A stretch of DNA of 64,000 bases from assembly GCA_963848135.1 (NCBI GenBank), contig CAWKCK010000003.1, forward strand, positions 558,001 through 622,000, written 5' to 3'. Below the pieces are notes generated by a model. It was not told where the DNA came from and did not search any database. It worked only from the letters and a program-made list of their open reading frames with translations. A program made the position numbers and the translations under genes. Each line of letters opens with the position of its first letter. Position 1 is the stretch's first letter. Below, piece after piece: positions 22,050 to 31,985 of the stretch. This DNA is from an uncultured delta proteobacterium. Lineage in GTDB: Bacteria > Desulfobacterota > Desulfobacteria > Desulfobacterales > SG8-13.

Positions 22050-23347
22050 ATGATAACCTGATATTACGAAAAGCGACCCGCATCGAGGGGAATGCCGACA
22101 TTCATATAGAATACGAAGAAAATCGGTTGAAGTCGGCACGGTTTCAGATTTATGAGTTTCGCGGTTTCGAAAAATTCGTCAGTGGTCGCCGGGCTGAGTG
22201 GGTACCGCAACTGGTATCACGCATTTGCGGGTTATGTTCGGTCGCTCATCAGGTGGCAGGTATACGGGCGGTTGAAAATGCCCTGGGGATCGAAGCCGAT
22301 TCGTGCACGAACAAGCTGAGAGATGTTCTCGTGCTGGCTGAATGGATCAGCAGCCATTCTTTGAGTTATTTTTTTCTTACCGTACCTGATTTCGTGGGTG
22401 AAAAAGGCGGGGTGTTTGAATTGCAAAAATATTACCCCGAAATCTTCAAGGAGGCTTTTGAACTGCGTCAGGCCGCGATGAAGATTATAACTCTATTTGG
22501 GAAAAGAGAAACACATCCGGTAACAATCGGTTTGGGACGATTTCTAGACCCGCCCGGTGCTGACGAATTGAATCTGGCCTGCGATATTGCGGGTGTTGTT
22601 AAAGAAAAACTTCGGACGATCCTTTTAAAAGTATCTTCCCAGTGGCGACTGGAAAAAGCCATCGAATTTCCAGAGGATCTCACGGTCCATTTTGTGGCCT
22701 TGTCAAAAGGTAAAGAACGCGACGACTTTTTTGTGTTTGACCGCAAAGGACAGTTGGTCAGACAGTTTTCGGTCGACGAGTTCGAAGACAATATCGAAGA
22801 AATGAGAGTTGACTGGAGCTTGTCCAAGATTCCTTACATCCATTCACTCGGCTTTCCCGATGGCATAATGCTGGTGGGGCCCCTGTCCCGAAGTTTTCTT
22901 GAAAACGGTTTTCTTTCCGATCCTGAGATCAGGCAGTTTGGAATCAGTGACATACTTATGGATCGCTCCAGTATTACTCTTGAAAGCTACGACGTATGTC
23001 GACTTCTTGAAATGTTTTGGTCAGCAAAAAGAATTGAATTCTTGTTGAAAAGTATCGGCAATTTTGGCTCTCCGCCGGAACCGGATTGGTCGGTTGCAGG
23101 CCAAGGCCTTGGTGCATTGGAAGCGCCGCGGGGACTCTTGATTCACAAGTACCTATTGAAAAACGGGTGTGTCGAGAAAGTCAGGTTGCTGGTAGCCACG
23201 CAGTTTAATAACGCGTTCATTAATTTGCTTATTACCGATCTGGCCCAGCGTCACAGCCACGGCGGGCAACTTACCACCAAAGGAAGCCGGCTAATCGGAC
23301 GTTGCATACGGTTATTGGATCCCTGTTTAAGTTGTGCTACCCATTAA
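22046..23347 (+). CDS. Group-3-like [NiFe] hydrogenase large subunit lacking a C-terminal extension
   Basis: RIEG, FRGFE, RICGLCSVAH, EAPRG, VAT, DPCLSCATH-stop; ATGA overlap with the small subunit. Confidence 0.9.
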   Translation: MNDNLILRKATRIEGNADIHIEYEENRLKSARFQIYEFRGFEKFVSGRRAEWVPQLVSRICGLCSVAHQVAGIRAVENALGIEADSCTNKLRDVLVLAEWISSHSLSYFFLTVPDFVGEKGGVFELQKYYPEIFKEAFELRQAAMKIITLFGKRETHPVTIGLGRFLDPPGADELNLACDIAGVVKEKLRTILLKVSSQWRLEKAIEFPEDLTVHFVALSKGKERDDFFVFDRKGQLVRQFSVDEFEDNIEEMRVDWSLSKIPYIHSLGFPDGIMLVGPLSRSFLENGFLSDPEIRQFGISDILMDRSSITLESYDVCRLLEMFWSAKRIEFLLKSIGNFGSPPEPDWSVAGQGLGALEAPRGLLIHKYLLKNGCVEKVRLLVATQFNNAFINLLITDLAQRHSHGGQLTTKGSRLIGRCIRLLDPCLSCATH

Positions 23348-23352
23348 CTCAT

Positions 23353-23510
23353 TTCCGTCCTTATATGGTCTTATTCCTCAAATTAGGCCTCAACCCGAGG
23401 AATCGCTTGTGCGGCATACGAAAGTTTGCCTCCGCACATTTTCTTGATCTTGCAGAAAATGGCACTTTTCTGGATCGGAAACGGACCCGTTTTCTTTATA
23501 GTTACTTGGA
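23353..23510. repeat. Degenerate palindromic intergenic element (family B-related)
   Basis: TTTCCGTCC...GGATCGGAAA outer arms; central TGTGCGGCATAC...GTTTGCCTCCGCACA hairpin. Confidence 0.5.
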
Positions 23511-23559
23511 AACGATTTTTTACATCAATGATCTCAATCCGCCCAAGTTGAGCAGGACA

Positions 23560-24600
23560 ATGCCAAAAGCAGATAAAAGGGCCGGTAAAATTTTACGGTT
23601 TTTCATCATTTTTCTTATCTTCGCATCCTTTAATTTAGGGTGCGGCCCGAAAGAATATGTCTTCAGCGGCCGCACAATGGGTACGAACTATACCGTTAAA
23701 GTGGTCAGCGGTTTTTTTCAGCAGGATGCGGGGTTGCAGGAAAAGATAAATGCGCGTCTTGAAGAGATCAACCACAGCATGTCCACGTATATCACAGACA
23801 GCGAAATCAGCCGATTTAATACCCAAGTCTCCGTTGGCGAAAAATTCAGAATATCAACCGATTTCATGCAAGTCATGCAGATGGCACAAAAGATTTACCT
23901 TCTTTCCGACGGCGCTTGGGACGGAACCCTGAAGCCGATGGTTGACCTCTGGGGATTCGGCCCAGCAGGAACTCGGCGCATGCCTCCGACCGCGGAGGAG
24001 ATCCGCCAAGGGTTACAGAGCGTGGGATTTCCATCGGTGCAGCTCATTGACGATTGTTGTCTTGCCAAGACCAAATCATCTGTCAGTCTCGATCTGGCGT
24101 CGATTGCCAAAGGATATGCTGTCGATCAAATTGCGGCACTGTTGAAGGCCAATGGTGCCGATAACTTTCTGGTCGAAATCGGGGGCGAGATTTATGCTGA
24201 AGGTCATCGCAGGGATCGCAATCCCTGGCGCGTCGGTATCAATACGCCACGGCCGGAGGCCTCCGACAACCAGGTATACCGGGCTGTCAGTCTGAGTGGT
24301 CGGGCGATGGCCACCAGTGGCGATTACCGCAATTTTTTTGAGTTGGGCGGCAAACGCTATACCCATGTAATTGATCCTCGCAATGGTTACCCTGTTGACA
24401 ACGGTGTTGTCAGCGCAACTGTACTGGCAGATAATTGCGCTCTCGCGGACGGTTTGGCTACAGCGCTGATGGTCATGGGACCCGGGAAAGGTCTGGCCCT
24501 GGTGAACCGGCTCGACAGCGTGGAATGTTTGATCGTCGTCATGCAGACGGACGGGACATTCACCGATCATTATTCTACCGGATTTAGGGAGGGAAAGTAA
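23560..24600 (+). CDS. apbE: FAD:protein FMN transferase (ApbE family lipoprotein)
   Basis: Lipobox LGC; TMGT, DLASIAKGYAVD, EIGGE, ATSGDY, HVIDP, ADGLATA. Confidence 0.93.
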   Translation: MPKADKRAGKILRFFIIFLIFASFNLGCGPKEYVFSGRTMGTNYTVKVVSGFFQQDAGLQEKINARLEEINHSMSTYITDSEISRFNTQVSVGEKFRISTDFMQVMQMAQKIYLLSDGAWDGTLKPMVDLWGFGPAGTRRMPPTAEEIRQGLQSVGFPSVQLIDDCCLAKTKSSVSLDLASIAKGYAVDQIAALLKANGADNFLVEIGGEIYAEGHRRDRNPWRVGINTPRPEASDNQVYRAVSLSGRAMATSGDYRNFFELGGKRYTHVIDPRNGYPVDNGVVSATVLADNCALADGLATALMVMGPGKGLALVNRLDSVECLIVVMQTDGTFTDHYSTGFREGK

Positions 24601-24780
24601 CCGGGCGGCACGGCACCCGAGACTTGACATTAATCGTCCGGTCGGGTAGTCTACATCTTTTAAATCTATTTATTTAAAGAGTTTATACCGTAATTGCCTT
24701 CCGGTGACAGGCTGAAACTCCTGGGATATCGGATGTGGCACGTTTGATTTAAACCGAAATCATGCAGAAAGGAAAAAGCA

Positions 24781-25563
24781 GTGGAAATTGTGGTCTTATT
24801 GAAACAGGTCCCCGCAACCGAATCGATGATCAGCATTGCCGATGACGGTATTTCAATCAAAACGGCGGATCTAAAATGGGTTATCAATCCCTACGATGAG
24901 TTTGCCGTAGAGGAGGCGCTGCGAATTAAAGAAGCCCAGGGTGGCAAGGTCACGATCCTCACCGTTGGGACAGATAAAGCCACCGAGGCGGTGCGAACCG
25001 CATTGGCCATGGGAGCGGACGAGGGTGTACTGATCAATGATCCGGCAGCCCTAAAATACGACGGCCTTGGGATTGCAAGAATTCTCGCAGCGGCATTGAA
25101 AAGCATGCCACACGACCTGATCATCGCCGGTCAGCGGGCCGTCGATGACGACAATTTCCTGGTCGGTACTGCTGTGGCCGAAATGCTGGAAATTCCCAAT
25201 ATCTCTCTTGTCAATAATCAGGAGATCGTCGACGGAAAAATTCGCTGCCGGCGGACCGTTGAAGGGGGTATCGTCGTATTGGAAGCATCTCTACCGGTGC
25301 TGTTGACTACCCAGCGAGGGCTGAACGAGCCGCGATACGCCTCTTTGCCGGGAATCATGAAAGCCAAAAAGAAGCCGCTAGCCGCAAAGAGCCTCGCAGA
25401 TATCGGACTGGGTGAAGCCGATATCGGTGAACCGAAAACAAAGATTATTTCCTTGAAGAAACCCGCGGAAAGAAAAGGCGGAAGAATTGTCGAGGGTGAA
25501 ACTGCTGCCGAAAAAGCGGCGACGCTGGTTAGGTTGCTGGCCGAAGAAGCGAAAGTCATATAG
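24781..25563 (+). CDS. etfB: Electron transfer flavoprotein beta subunit
   Basis: LKQVP, INPYDEFAVEEAL, ALAMGAD, NEPRYASLPGIMKAKKK. Confidence 0.95.
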   Translation: MEIVVLLKQVPATESMISIADDGISIKTADLKWVINPYDEFAVEEALRIKEAQGGKVTILTVGTDKATEAVRTALAMGADEGVLINDPAALKYDGLGIARILAAALKSMPHDLIIAGQRAVDDDNFLVGTAVAEMLEIPNISLVNNQEIVDGKIRCRRTVEGGIVVLEASLPVLLTTQRGLNEPRYASLPGIMKAKKKPLAAKSLADIGLGEADIGEPKTKIISLKKPAERKGGRIVEGETAAEKAATLVRLLAEEAKVI

Positions 25564-25630
25564 CAACGGGCAGACATAAACGGCATCCCTGTTATAAAAT
25601 TTATAGAAAAAATTTTATCTGGAGACGAAT

Positions 25631-26590
25631 ATGAGCGTTTTAGCCATTACTGAGCAGAGAGATGGAAGATTCAGAAAAACCACATATGAGGTAATGAGTG
25701 CAGGCCGTAGGCTGGCGGACAGCTTGGGAACCGAATTAACCGCACTCCTTGTCGGCGCTGGCGTCGAAGGGCTTGCCGCTGAACTGAGCAAGTATGGGGC
25801 CGATAAGATTCTTGTCGCGGATCATGCGAGCCTGGCGGAGTATCTGACCGACATATACACGAAAGTGGTTACGGATATCAGCGCAAAGGTCAATCCTCAA
25901 GTGATCATCCTGGGCGCATCGAGCCAGGGCAAGGACCTTGCGGCACGGCTTGCGGCACGCCTGGATGCCGGTTTGGCAATGGACTGTGTGGCGGTACGAG
26001 TGGAGGGCAGTGACATCATCGCCACCCGACCGTTATACGGCGGCAAGGTTCAAGCGGAAGTCGCACTCAGCGGTAAGCCGCAAATCATCGCCACCCGGCC
26101 TAACGCCATGAGCATTGAAGAGTCAGCCAAAGCCGGCACCGTGGAAAAAATTGAGGTCGATCCGGGAGACAGCCAGCTGCGGTTTGTCGAAAAATCATTG
26201 GAAACCGGTAAATTAGAACTTACTGAAGCCGACGTTGTCGTATCTGGCGGCAGAGGTATGGGGGGCTCCGATTACAGTTTGGTCGAGGATCTGGCCGAGG
26301 CTCTGGGTGGCGCCGTGGGGGCTTCACGGTCGGCAGTCGATGAGGGCTGGCGCTCCCATGCAGATCAGGTGGGGCAGACCGGCAAGGTGGTTTCGCCGAA
26401 TCTGTATGTGGCGCTTGGCATATCCGGAGCCATTCAGCATCTGGCCGGTATGTCGTCATCCAAAGTCATCGTGGCCGTCAACAAGGATGCTGAGGCGCCG
26501 ATTTTTTCGAAGGCTGACTATGGTGTTGTGGGCGACCTTTTCGAGATCGTTCCTTTGATCACTGAGGAAGTGAAAAAAATTAAGAGCTAA
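25631..26590 (+). CDS. etfA: Electron transfer flavoprotein alpha subunit
   Basis: SGGRG, GASR, QVGQTGK, GISGAIQHLAGM. Confidence 0.95.
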   Translation: MSVLAITEQRDGRFRKTTYEVMSAGRRLADSLGTELTALLVGAGVEGLAAELSKYGADKILVADHASLAEYLTDIYTKVVTDISAKVNPQVIILGASSQGKDLAARLAARLDAGLAMDCVAVRVEGSDIIATRPLYGGKVQAEVALSGKPQIIATRPNAMSIEESAKAGTVEKIEVDPGDSQLRFVEKSLETGKLELTEADVVVSGGRGMGGSDYSLVEDLAEALGGAVGASRSAVDEGWRSHADQVGQTGKVVSPNLYVALGISGAIQHLAGMSSSKVIVAVNKDAEAPIFSKADYGVVGDLFEIVPLITEEVKKIKS

Positions 26591-26764
26591 GCAGCAACGA
26601 GTCAGGCAGGATTAACGGCTGGATCGGACGAGACTTTCAACGGTGTAACCACCAATACGGAACCAAGCCATTTGCTGGATTGCCAGAGGCTGCCTGCGGG
26701 CAGCCTTTTGCAATCGTTCACCCCGATCGTTTCACATGCGTCTGCGCAATGAAAAGAATAAGAT

Positions 26765-28123
26765 ATGAAATTACATCTTGCCAGTCTCGGTTGCGCCAGG
26801 AATCAGATTGACAGCGAGATTATGCTCGGACGCCTGGAAAGAATTGGAGCGATGATCACCGACGATCCTGCTGAAGCGGAGGTCATTGTCGTCAACACGT
26901 GCAGTTTCATCGAATCGGCCGCCGATGAATCGATCGATACAATCCTGAATCTGGCTAAGTACAAACAACGGGGCGTGTGCCGCCGACTGGTCGTTACCGG
27001 CTGTTTGCCGGAAAGATATCGCGAAGATATTTCCAGGGCCCTCCCCGAAGTGGACATATTCCTGGGGACGGGGGCCTTTGCGCAAATTGTCGACGCTGTC
27101 GATGGGTATCTGGACACCACCAAGTGTATCCTGCCGGATCCGGACGCGATTTCAGTATCGACCCCCGGGGCGGAGCCGCGTGTCAGGAGCGGCTCCCACA
27201 TGGCCTATCTCAAAACGGCCGAAGGGTGCGACCGACACTGCACGTATTGTATCATTCCTAAATTGCGCGGGCGGCAGAAAAGCCGGCCGCTCGAAGATAT
27301 CTTAAGCGAAGCCCGGCAGCTGATTCAATCCGGTGTCAGAGAACTGGTTCTTGTTTCCCAGGAGACGACGGCTTACGGAAAGAACGCCACGAAACCTGTC
27401 GATTTCTCCTGCTTGCTGGAAGCCCTTGCCGGACTGGCCCAAGAGTCTGTTGGCGGACCAGCAGCGTCGGCAGACAACCGTCGGTTCTGGATTCGTTTCC
27501 TTTACGGTCACCCCGAAAGCCTCGACCAGAAGACGATTGCGGCGGTGGCGCAACATACCAACATTTGTTCATATATCGATGTGCCGATCCAACACGCCAG
27601 CCGTTCGGTACTCAAACGGATGGGCCGCCAATACGGCCCAGAAGAGCTGCGCGAAATGGTTGACCATATCCGGCGGAAAATCCCGGATGTGGCCGTGCGA
27701 ACCACTGTCATCGTCGGTTTCCCGGGCGAAACGGATAAAGAATTCAAAGAATTGATGGATTTTGTCGAATCCATGCAGTTCGAGCATCTGGGAAGTTTTA
27801 TTTATTCTGATGCCGAAGACCTGCCATCCCATTTCTTGACGGGCCACGTGCCGGCTGCAAAAGCCAGAGAACGATACCGCCACTTGATGATGCGCCAGCA
27901 GGAGATATCCGCAACTTTGAATCGCAGATACCGTGACCGGACACTGACGGTTCTGGTCGAGAATCACCCCGAGAAAGGTTTATACACGGGACGGACCGAG
28001 TTTCAGGCGCCGGAAGTTGACGGAATGACTTACATTCATGCCGATAATCTGCAAACGGGTTCCTTTACGACGGTAAGAATTACCGATACGCTCGAGTATG
28101 ATCTGGTGGGAGTGACGGCATGA
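26765..28123 (+). CDS. rimO: Ribosomal protein S12 methylthiotransferase
   Basis: SLGCARN, NTCSFIE, EGCDRHCTYCIIP radical SAM motif, APEVDG TRAM domain. Confidence 0.93.
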   Translation: MKLHLASLGCARNQIDSEIMLGRLERIGAMITDDPAEAEVIVVNTCSFIESAADESIDTILNLAKYKQRGVCRRLVVTGCLPERYREDISRALPEVDIFLGTGAFAQIVDAVDGYLDTTKCILPDPDAISVSTPGAEPRVRSGSHMAYLKTAEGCDRHCTYCIIPKLRGRQKSRPLEDILSEARQLIQSGVRELVLVSQETTAYGKNATKPVDFSCLLEALAGLAQESVGGPAASADNRRFWIRFLYGHPESLDQKTIAAVAQHTNICSYIDVPIQHASRSVLKRMGRQYGPEELREMVDHIRRKIPDVAVRTTVIVGFPGETDKEFKELMDFVESMQFEHLGSFIYSDAEDLPSHFLTGHVPAAKARERYRHLMMRQQEISATLNRRYRDRTLTVLVENHPEKGLYTGRTEFQAPEVDGMTYIHADNLQTGSFTTVRITDTLEYDLVGVTA

Positions 28124-29103
28124 ACAATAATCTGAAAAACGGCATATTAGAGCGGGTCAATCAGGATTTGACTGAAATTGAGTCCGCGTTGGCCGGGAAT
28201 CTTTGCCCCCATCTCGAGTTGGTGTCGAAAATCGGCCGACACATTCTGTTCAGCGGCGGCAAGCGGTTGCGTCCGCTGATGATGGTCATCAGTGCCAGGC
28301 TTTGCGGATACGGCGGCGCGAACGCCTATAAGTTTTCAACTATTTTCGAATTCCTGCATGCTGCGACTCTGTTGCATGATGATGTTGTCGATGGGTCCAG
28401 ATTCCGCAGAGGCAACCCGGTGGCCCACGCCGTCTGGGATAGTGCGACAGCTGTTCTCGTGGGAGATTATCTGCTGGCACGGTCCTTAGTGTTGGCCGCC
28501 GAGACTGGTTCTCCTCGAATCATTCGGGTGATCGCGGAGATTACCGAAAACATGTCCCAGGGAGAGATCCACCAACTCATGCGGAAGGGTGCCGTGGACG
28601 TAACGGAAACGGAGTACCTGGAAATTATCCGACGTAAGACCGCGGTTCTATTTGCGGGTGCTTGCCGATCCAGCGCAATCTTGGCCAATGTGTCTCCTGA
28701 AAAAGAGGATGCGTTACATAATTTCGGATTGAATTTAGGGCTTGCATTTCAAATGGCTGATGACCTGCTCGACTATACGGCTGACAGTGCCGCACTGGGA
28801 AAACGTGTCGGTGCCGACATGCGGGAAGGCAAACTAACCCTGCCGGTCATTCATGCCTTACAAACAGCGGGGGCAGAAGACCGCGATCGGATGCTGCGTA
28901 TTTTTCGAGATAAGAACTTCTCCCGAGAGAAGTTCGAGATGCTGGTTGAACGGCTCGCCAATTATGGAAGCATTGACTACACCCGTGTTCAAGCGGCCAA
29001 TTACATTCGCAAAGCCAAACAATCACTCATGGCTTTCGGATCGGGTCCGGATAAAGCGCTTCTTTACGACATCGCCGACTATGCGCTGGTTCGAAAAATC
29101 TAA
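28120..29103 (+). CDS. ispB: Long-chain polyprenyl diphosphate synthase (IspB-like)
   Basis: GGKRLRP, LLHDDVVD, FQMADD, EGKLTLP. Confidence 0.85.
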   Translation: MNNNLKNGILERVNQDLTEIESALAGNLCPHLELVSKIGRHILFSGGKRLRPLMMVISARLCGYGGANAYKFSTIFEFLHAATLLHDDVVDGSRFRRGNPVAHAVWDSATAVLVGDYLLARSLVLAAETGSPRIIRVIAEITENMSQGEIHQLMRKGAVDVTETEYLEIIRRKTAVLFAGACRSSAILANVSPEKEDALHNFGLNLGLAFQMADDLLDYTADSAALGKRVGADMREGKLTLPVIHALQTAGAEDRDRMLRIFRDKNFSREKFEMLVERLANYGSIDYTRVQAANYIRKAKQSLMAFGSGPDKALLYDIADYALVRKI

Positions 29104-29159
29104 ATATGGTAAAATAGATACGTCCTAAAACACCCACTTTAAACCGGAACAAAGGACCC

Positions 29160-30383
29160 ATGATGTTCGCCCGAAAAAAAACACTTCCGAAAACAACGTT
29201 CAGTATCATGGTACTGGTCGTATTTTTAGCCGCTTTTCAAGCCGCGGCCCAGCCGCCGTCTCAAACCTATGTCGTTATCGGTACGGAAACCATCTCCACG
29301 GAGAATATCACCGCAGCCAGAAAAGAGGCGATTGCCAACGGCCTGGTTTCTGCTGTCGGGCTTGCCGTGGCGGATGTGCTCACAGTGGATGCCATCGTGG
29401 CGAATTATGAGAAACTCAACCAGACCGTTTTCGATAATCCCGGCCGATTTATCCAGGATTACAAAGTACTTACCGAATCGAGCCTGGAAAATGGGTATCG
29501 CGTCGTTGTTCAGGCCACTGTTTTCGTAAGCAAGGTCAAAAACGAACTGATCCGCTCCGGCGTTCTTCTCACCCAGGAGAAGATGCCGGCGGTACTTTTC
29601 TTCATAGTCGAGCAGAATCTCGAAACCCCCTTTCCCCAATACTGGTGGGGACGAAATATGCCCTTTGAGAAAACACTCGCAGAGTCGGCTATGGACGAAA
29701 CGATGCGGGAAAAGGGATTCCGGATCGTTGAGCACGGACCCCAGGTCCAACTCATGGCCCGACAGTCTGTCCCGGACGCACCACAGGTTACCGTAGCAGA
29801 AGCGATTGAATTGGGTAAGGGCCTTCGCGCCGATGCGGTTGTTATTGGCCGGGCCGTGGCCGATAATGCCCCCAATATGATGGGTTCGGATCTACGGTCA
29901 TTCAAGGGTGGGATTATTGTCCGTGCGTATCTTATTGACACCGGTGAGGAAATAACCGCTGTTGACAAGACCGCCGTAACGGCCAATGCGGATGTCATTG
30001 CCGGTAGCCGGGAAGCTCTGCGCGCCGCGGGAGAACTGGCGGGAGAGGGGTTGTCCGCCCAAATGGCTGCCGCCTGGCAAAAGAAAGGGCTGGCGGCCGG
30101 CAAAGTCGAAATCCAACTGACCGGAACCCGCAATCTGGCCAATTTTGTTCAATTTAGACGGATGCTGACATCATTGTCGGGGGTCGAAGACGTGCAGGTG
30201 AAGGAACTCAAAGCCGACGATGCGACCCTGAGAATCGCTTACAGGGGGAAAACACGGGAGTTAGCGGATGCCATGATGATCCAACCCTTTGAAACCTTTG
30301 GAATTAACATTTACGATGTTTCAGAAGACCGCTTGCGGGTCCAGCTCGTTCCATACGGGCCGGGTTCGGTTCAGCAGCAATAA
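29160..30383 (+). CDS. Exported hypothetical protein (FlgT-like N-terminus possible)
   Basis: Signal peptide; ARKEAIANGL motif; long ORF. Confidence 0.65.
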   Translation: MMFARKKTLPKTTFSIMVLVVFLAAFQAAAQPPSQTYVVIGTETISTENITAARKEAIANGLVSAVGLAVADVLTVDAIVANYEKLNQTVFDNPGRFIQDYKVLTESSLENGYRVVVQATVFVSKVKNELIRSGVLLTQEKMPAVLFFIVEQNLETPFPQYWWGRNMPFEKTLAESAMDETMREKGFRIVEHGPQVQLMARQSVPDAPQVTVAEAIELGKGLRADAVVIGRAVADNAPNMMGSDLRSFKGGIIVRAYLIDTGEEITAVDKTAVTANADVIAGSREALRAAGELAGEGLSAQMAAAWQKKGLAAGKVEIQLTGTRNLANFVQFRRMLTSLSGVEDVQVKELKADDATLRIAYRGKTRELADAMMIQPFETFGINIYDVSEDRLRVQLVPYGPGSVQQQ

Positions 30384-30474
30384 ATCCGGCGAAACAGAAG
30401 AGAATCCGCAAAGAATCAGCGTTTTGATTCTGCTTGACAGTCGAGACAACCGGTGGTAACAAAAACCGCACAAT

Positions 30475-30549
30475 AGGCACGTAGCTCAGGGGGAGAGCGC
30501 TACCCTGACACGGTAGAAGTCGCTGGTTCAAATCCAGTCGTGCCTACCA
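30475..30549 (+). tRNA. tRNA-Val(GAC)
   Basis: AGGCACGTAGCTCAG...CT-GAC-AC...GGTTCAAATCC...GTGCCTACCA. Confidence 0.96.
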
Positions 30550-30558
30550 GAAAATTCA

Positions 30559-30591
30559 AGGGGTTACGGTTGATACCGTGGCCCCTTTTTT
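30559..30591 (+). terminator. Terminator after tRNA-Val
   Basis: AGGGGTTACGG/CCGTGGCCCCT hairpin followed by a T-run. Confidence 0.7.
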
Positions 30592-30712
30592 AATCGATCT
30601 ATATCGTGTTGCCATTGTGAGTTTAAAACGCCCTGTATCCAGCTATTGAATAATGCGTTGTGATGTTGAAGCGGAGAGGGTGAACGTATTTCCACATACT
30701 AAAACGACCCTA

Positions 30713-31813
30713 TTAGTTAAAGGCATTGGTTACGTTGTTACAATAACGATGGAAAAAAGGCATCTCGGTTTGTGTAAATGTCCCCATGGCAATCGATTGG
30801 GCGATTATTTCTGCAACCGGAACCGAGTAATGGATTTGATCCAGAAAATTTTCATCCCGGGTCGTGATCGGCGATTTAATCATAAAATCGATGAGGGCCG
30901 TATTCGGGTAACGGCATACAATAGCTGCAACGCGACGTTTGAATTCTTTCCATTTAATGTCATCCATAGAGCCCGGTGCAGCCTGGTGATAATAGTGAAA
31001 CGGAGGGAAAATAACAACTTTGAGCGTACTTTTCGGCAAACGGTTAAGCATTTTTTCCAGATGGCCAACCGCTGGGAATTTGAAAGCCTCGAGCTGCTCT
31101 GCAGTGGTCTGGATCGGAGGCTCTAAAGATACTTTATTTTTTGGCGTCTTGGAACCGTAAATGATTTTCCTTGCTCGGTCGACATCATATGGACGTTGCT
31201 TGGTAAAATCCTCGTAACCGTCGAATCGGTACTTAAATGTCGTCATACCCGTAAGGCCCCGGAGCTGTTTGATGGCTTGCTGGATTGTACGCCAATTATA
31301 GGGCGGCAGGTCATTGACATACGTATCATCATACAACCATTTCGGGAATGGCTCTGGCAACCGGTCAAGGTATTTTGCATGATAGTTGCTGCTATCAAAG
31401 TTGAGATGATCCACACCGATGACAACAGATTTAGGGTCTGGGTGATATTTTAAAAAGACATCCAAAATGGCCTTCTGCTCGGACAGGAAAGCAGCGTTCA
31501 TCGCCAAGTTGACGAAGCGGCCATTTAATAGTGAGTTCAAATCTTCCGGGTTGAGCAAACGAACCGTCGATGTTCCGATGATGGCACTGTCGAACTGCCG
31601 CCTTTTTGCTAAATTCGGCAAGAAGAAACGAGGATCTGTGGCAAAGCCGCGATCTTTACTCAGTGATACGGGTATAATACCGTAAGGATCGACAACTAAC
31701 ACAAACAGGTATCCGGCGGCAAAAAGGCCGATAAGAGAAATGATCAATACCTTGAAAAACCGTTTCCATTGGTTATCAGGATTGGATATCGTTGCTGTCA
31801 CGACAGTCTCCAC
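30713..31813 (-). CDS. Membrane-anchored SGNH-like protein (MBOAT partner), paralog 1
   Basis: N-terminal TM followed by DPYG; IIGTS; NLA; D-x-x-H-Y (DQIHY). Confidence 0.7.
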   Translation of the reverse strand: METVVTATISNPDNQWKRFFKVLIISLIGLFAAGYLFVLVVDPYGIIPVSLSKDRGFATDPRFFLPNLAKRRQFDSAIIGTSTVRLLNPEDLNSLLNGRFVNLAMNAAFLSEQKAILDVFLKYHPDPKSVVIGVDHLNFDSSNYHAKYLDRLPEPFPKWLYDDTYVNDLPPYNWRTIQQAIKQLRGLTGMTTFKYRFDGYEDFTKQRPYDVDRARKIIYGSKTPKNKVSLEPPIQTTAEQLEAFKFPAVGHLEKMLNRLPKSTLKVVIFPPFHYYHQAAPGSMDDIKWKEFKRRVAAIVCRYPNTALIDFMIKSPITTRDENFLDQIHYSVPVAEIIAQSIAMGTFTQTEMPFFHRYCNNVTNAFN

Positions 31814-31985
31814 AACCGAAAGAAACCGATCTCATTAATATCATTATAAGTTATTACAGAACCAACCAGTAGAAAAAAGTTGGAATAATATCAAACGGGG
31901 AGCCGAACCCAAAAAATGTATCACTGGTCCCGGTTGAAAGAGGTAAAATGATGAATTCTGTAATAGGAACAAGTGCTGTATCCTT

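Noticed and set aside
24736..24751. Sigma54 promoter upstream of etfB (TGGCACG)
   Set aside because: The -12 TTGC element is absent at the required spacing (TGGCACGTTTGATTTA).
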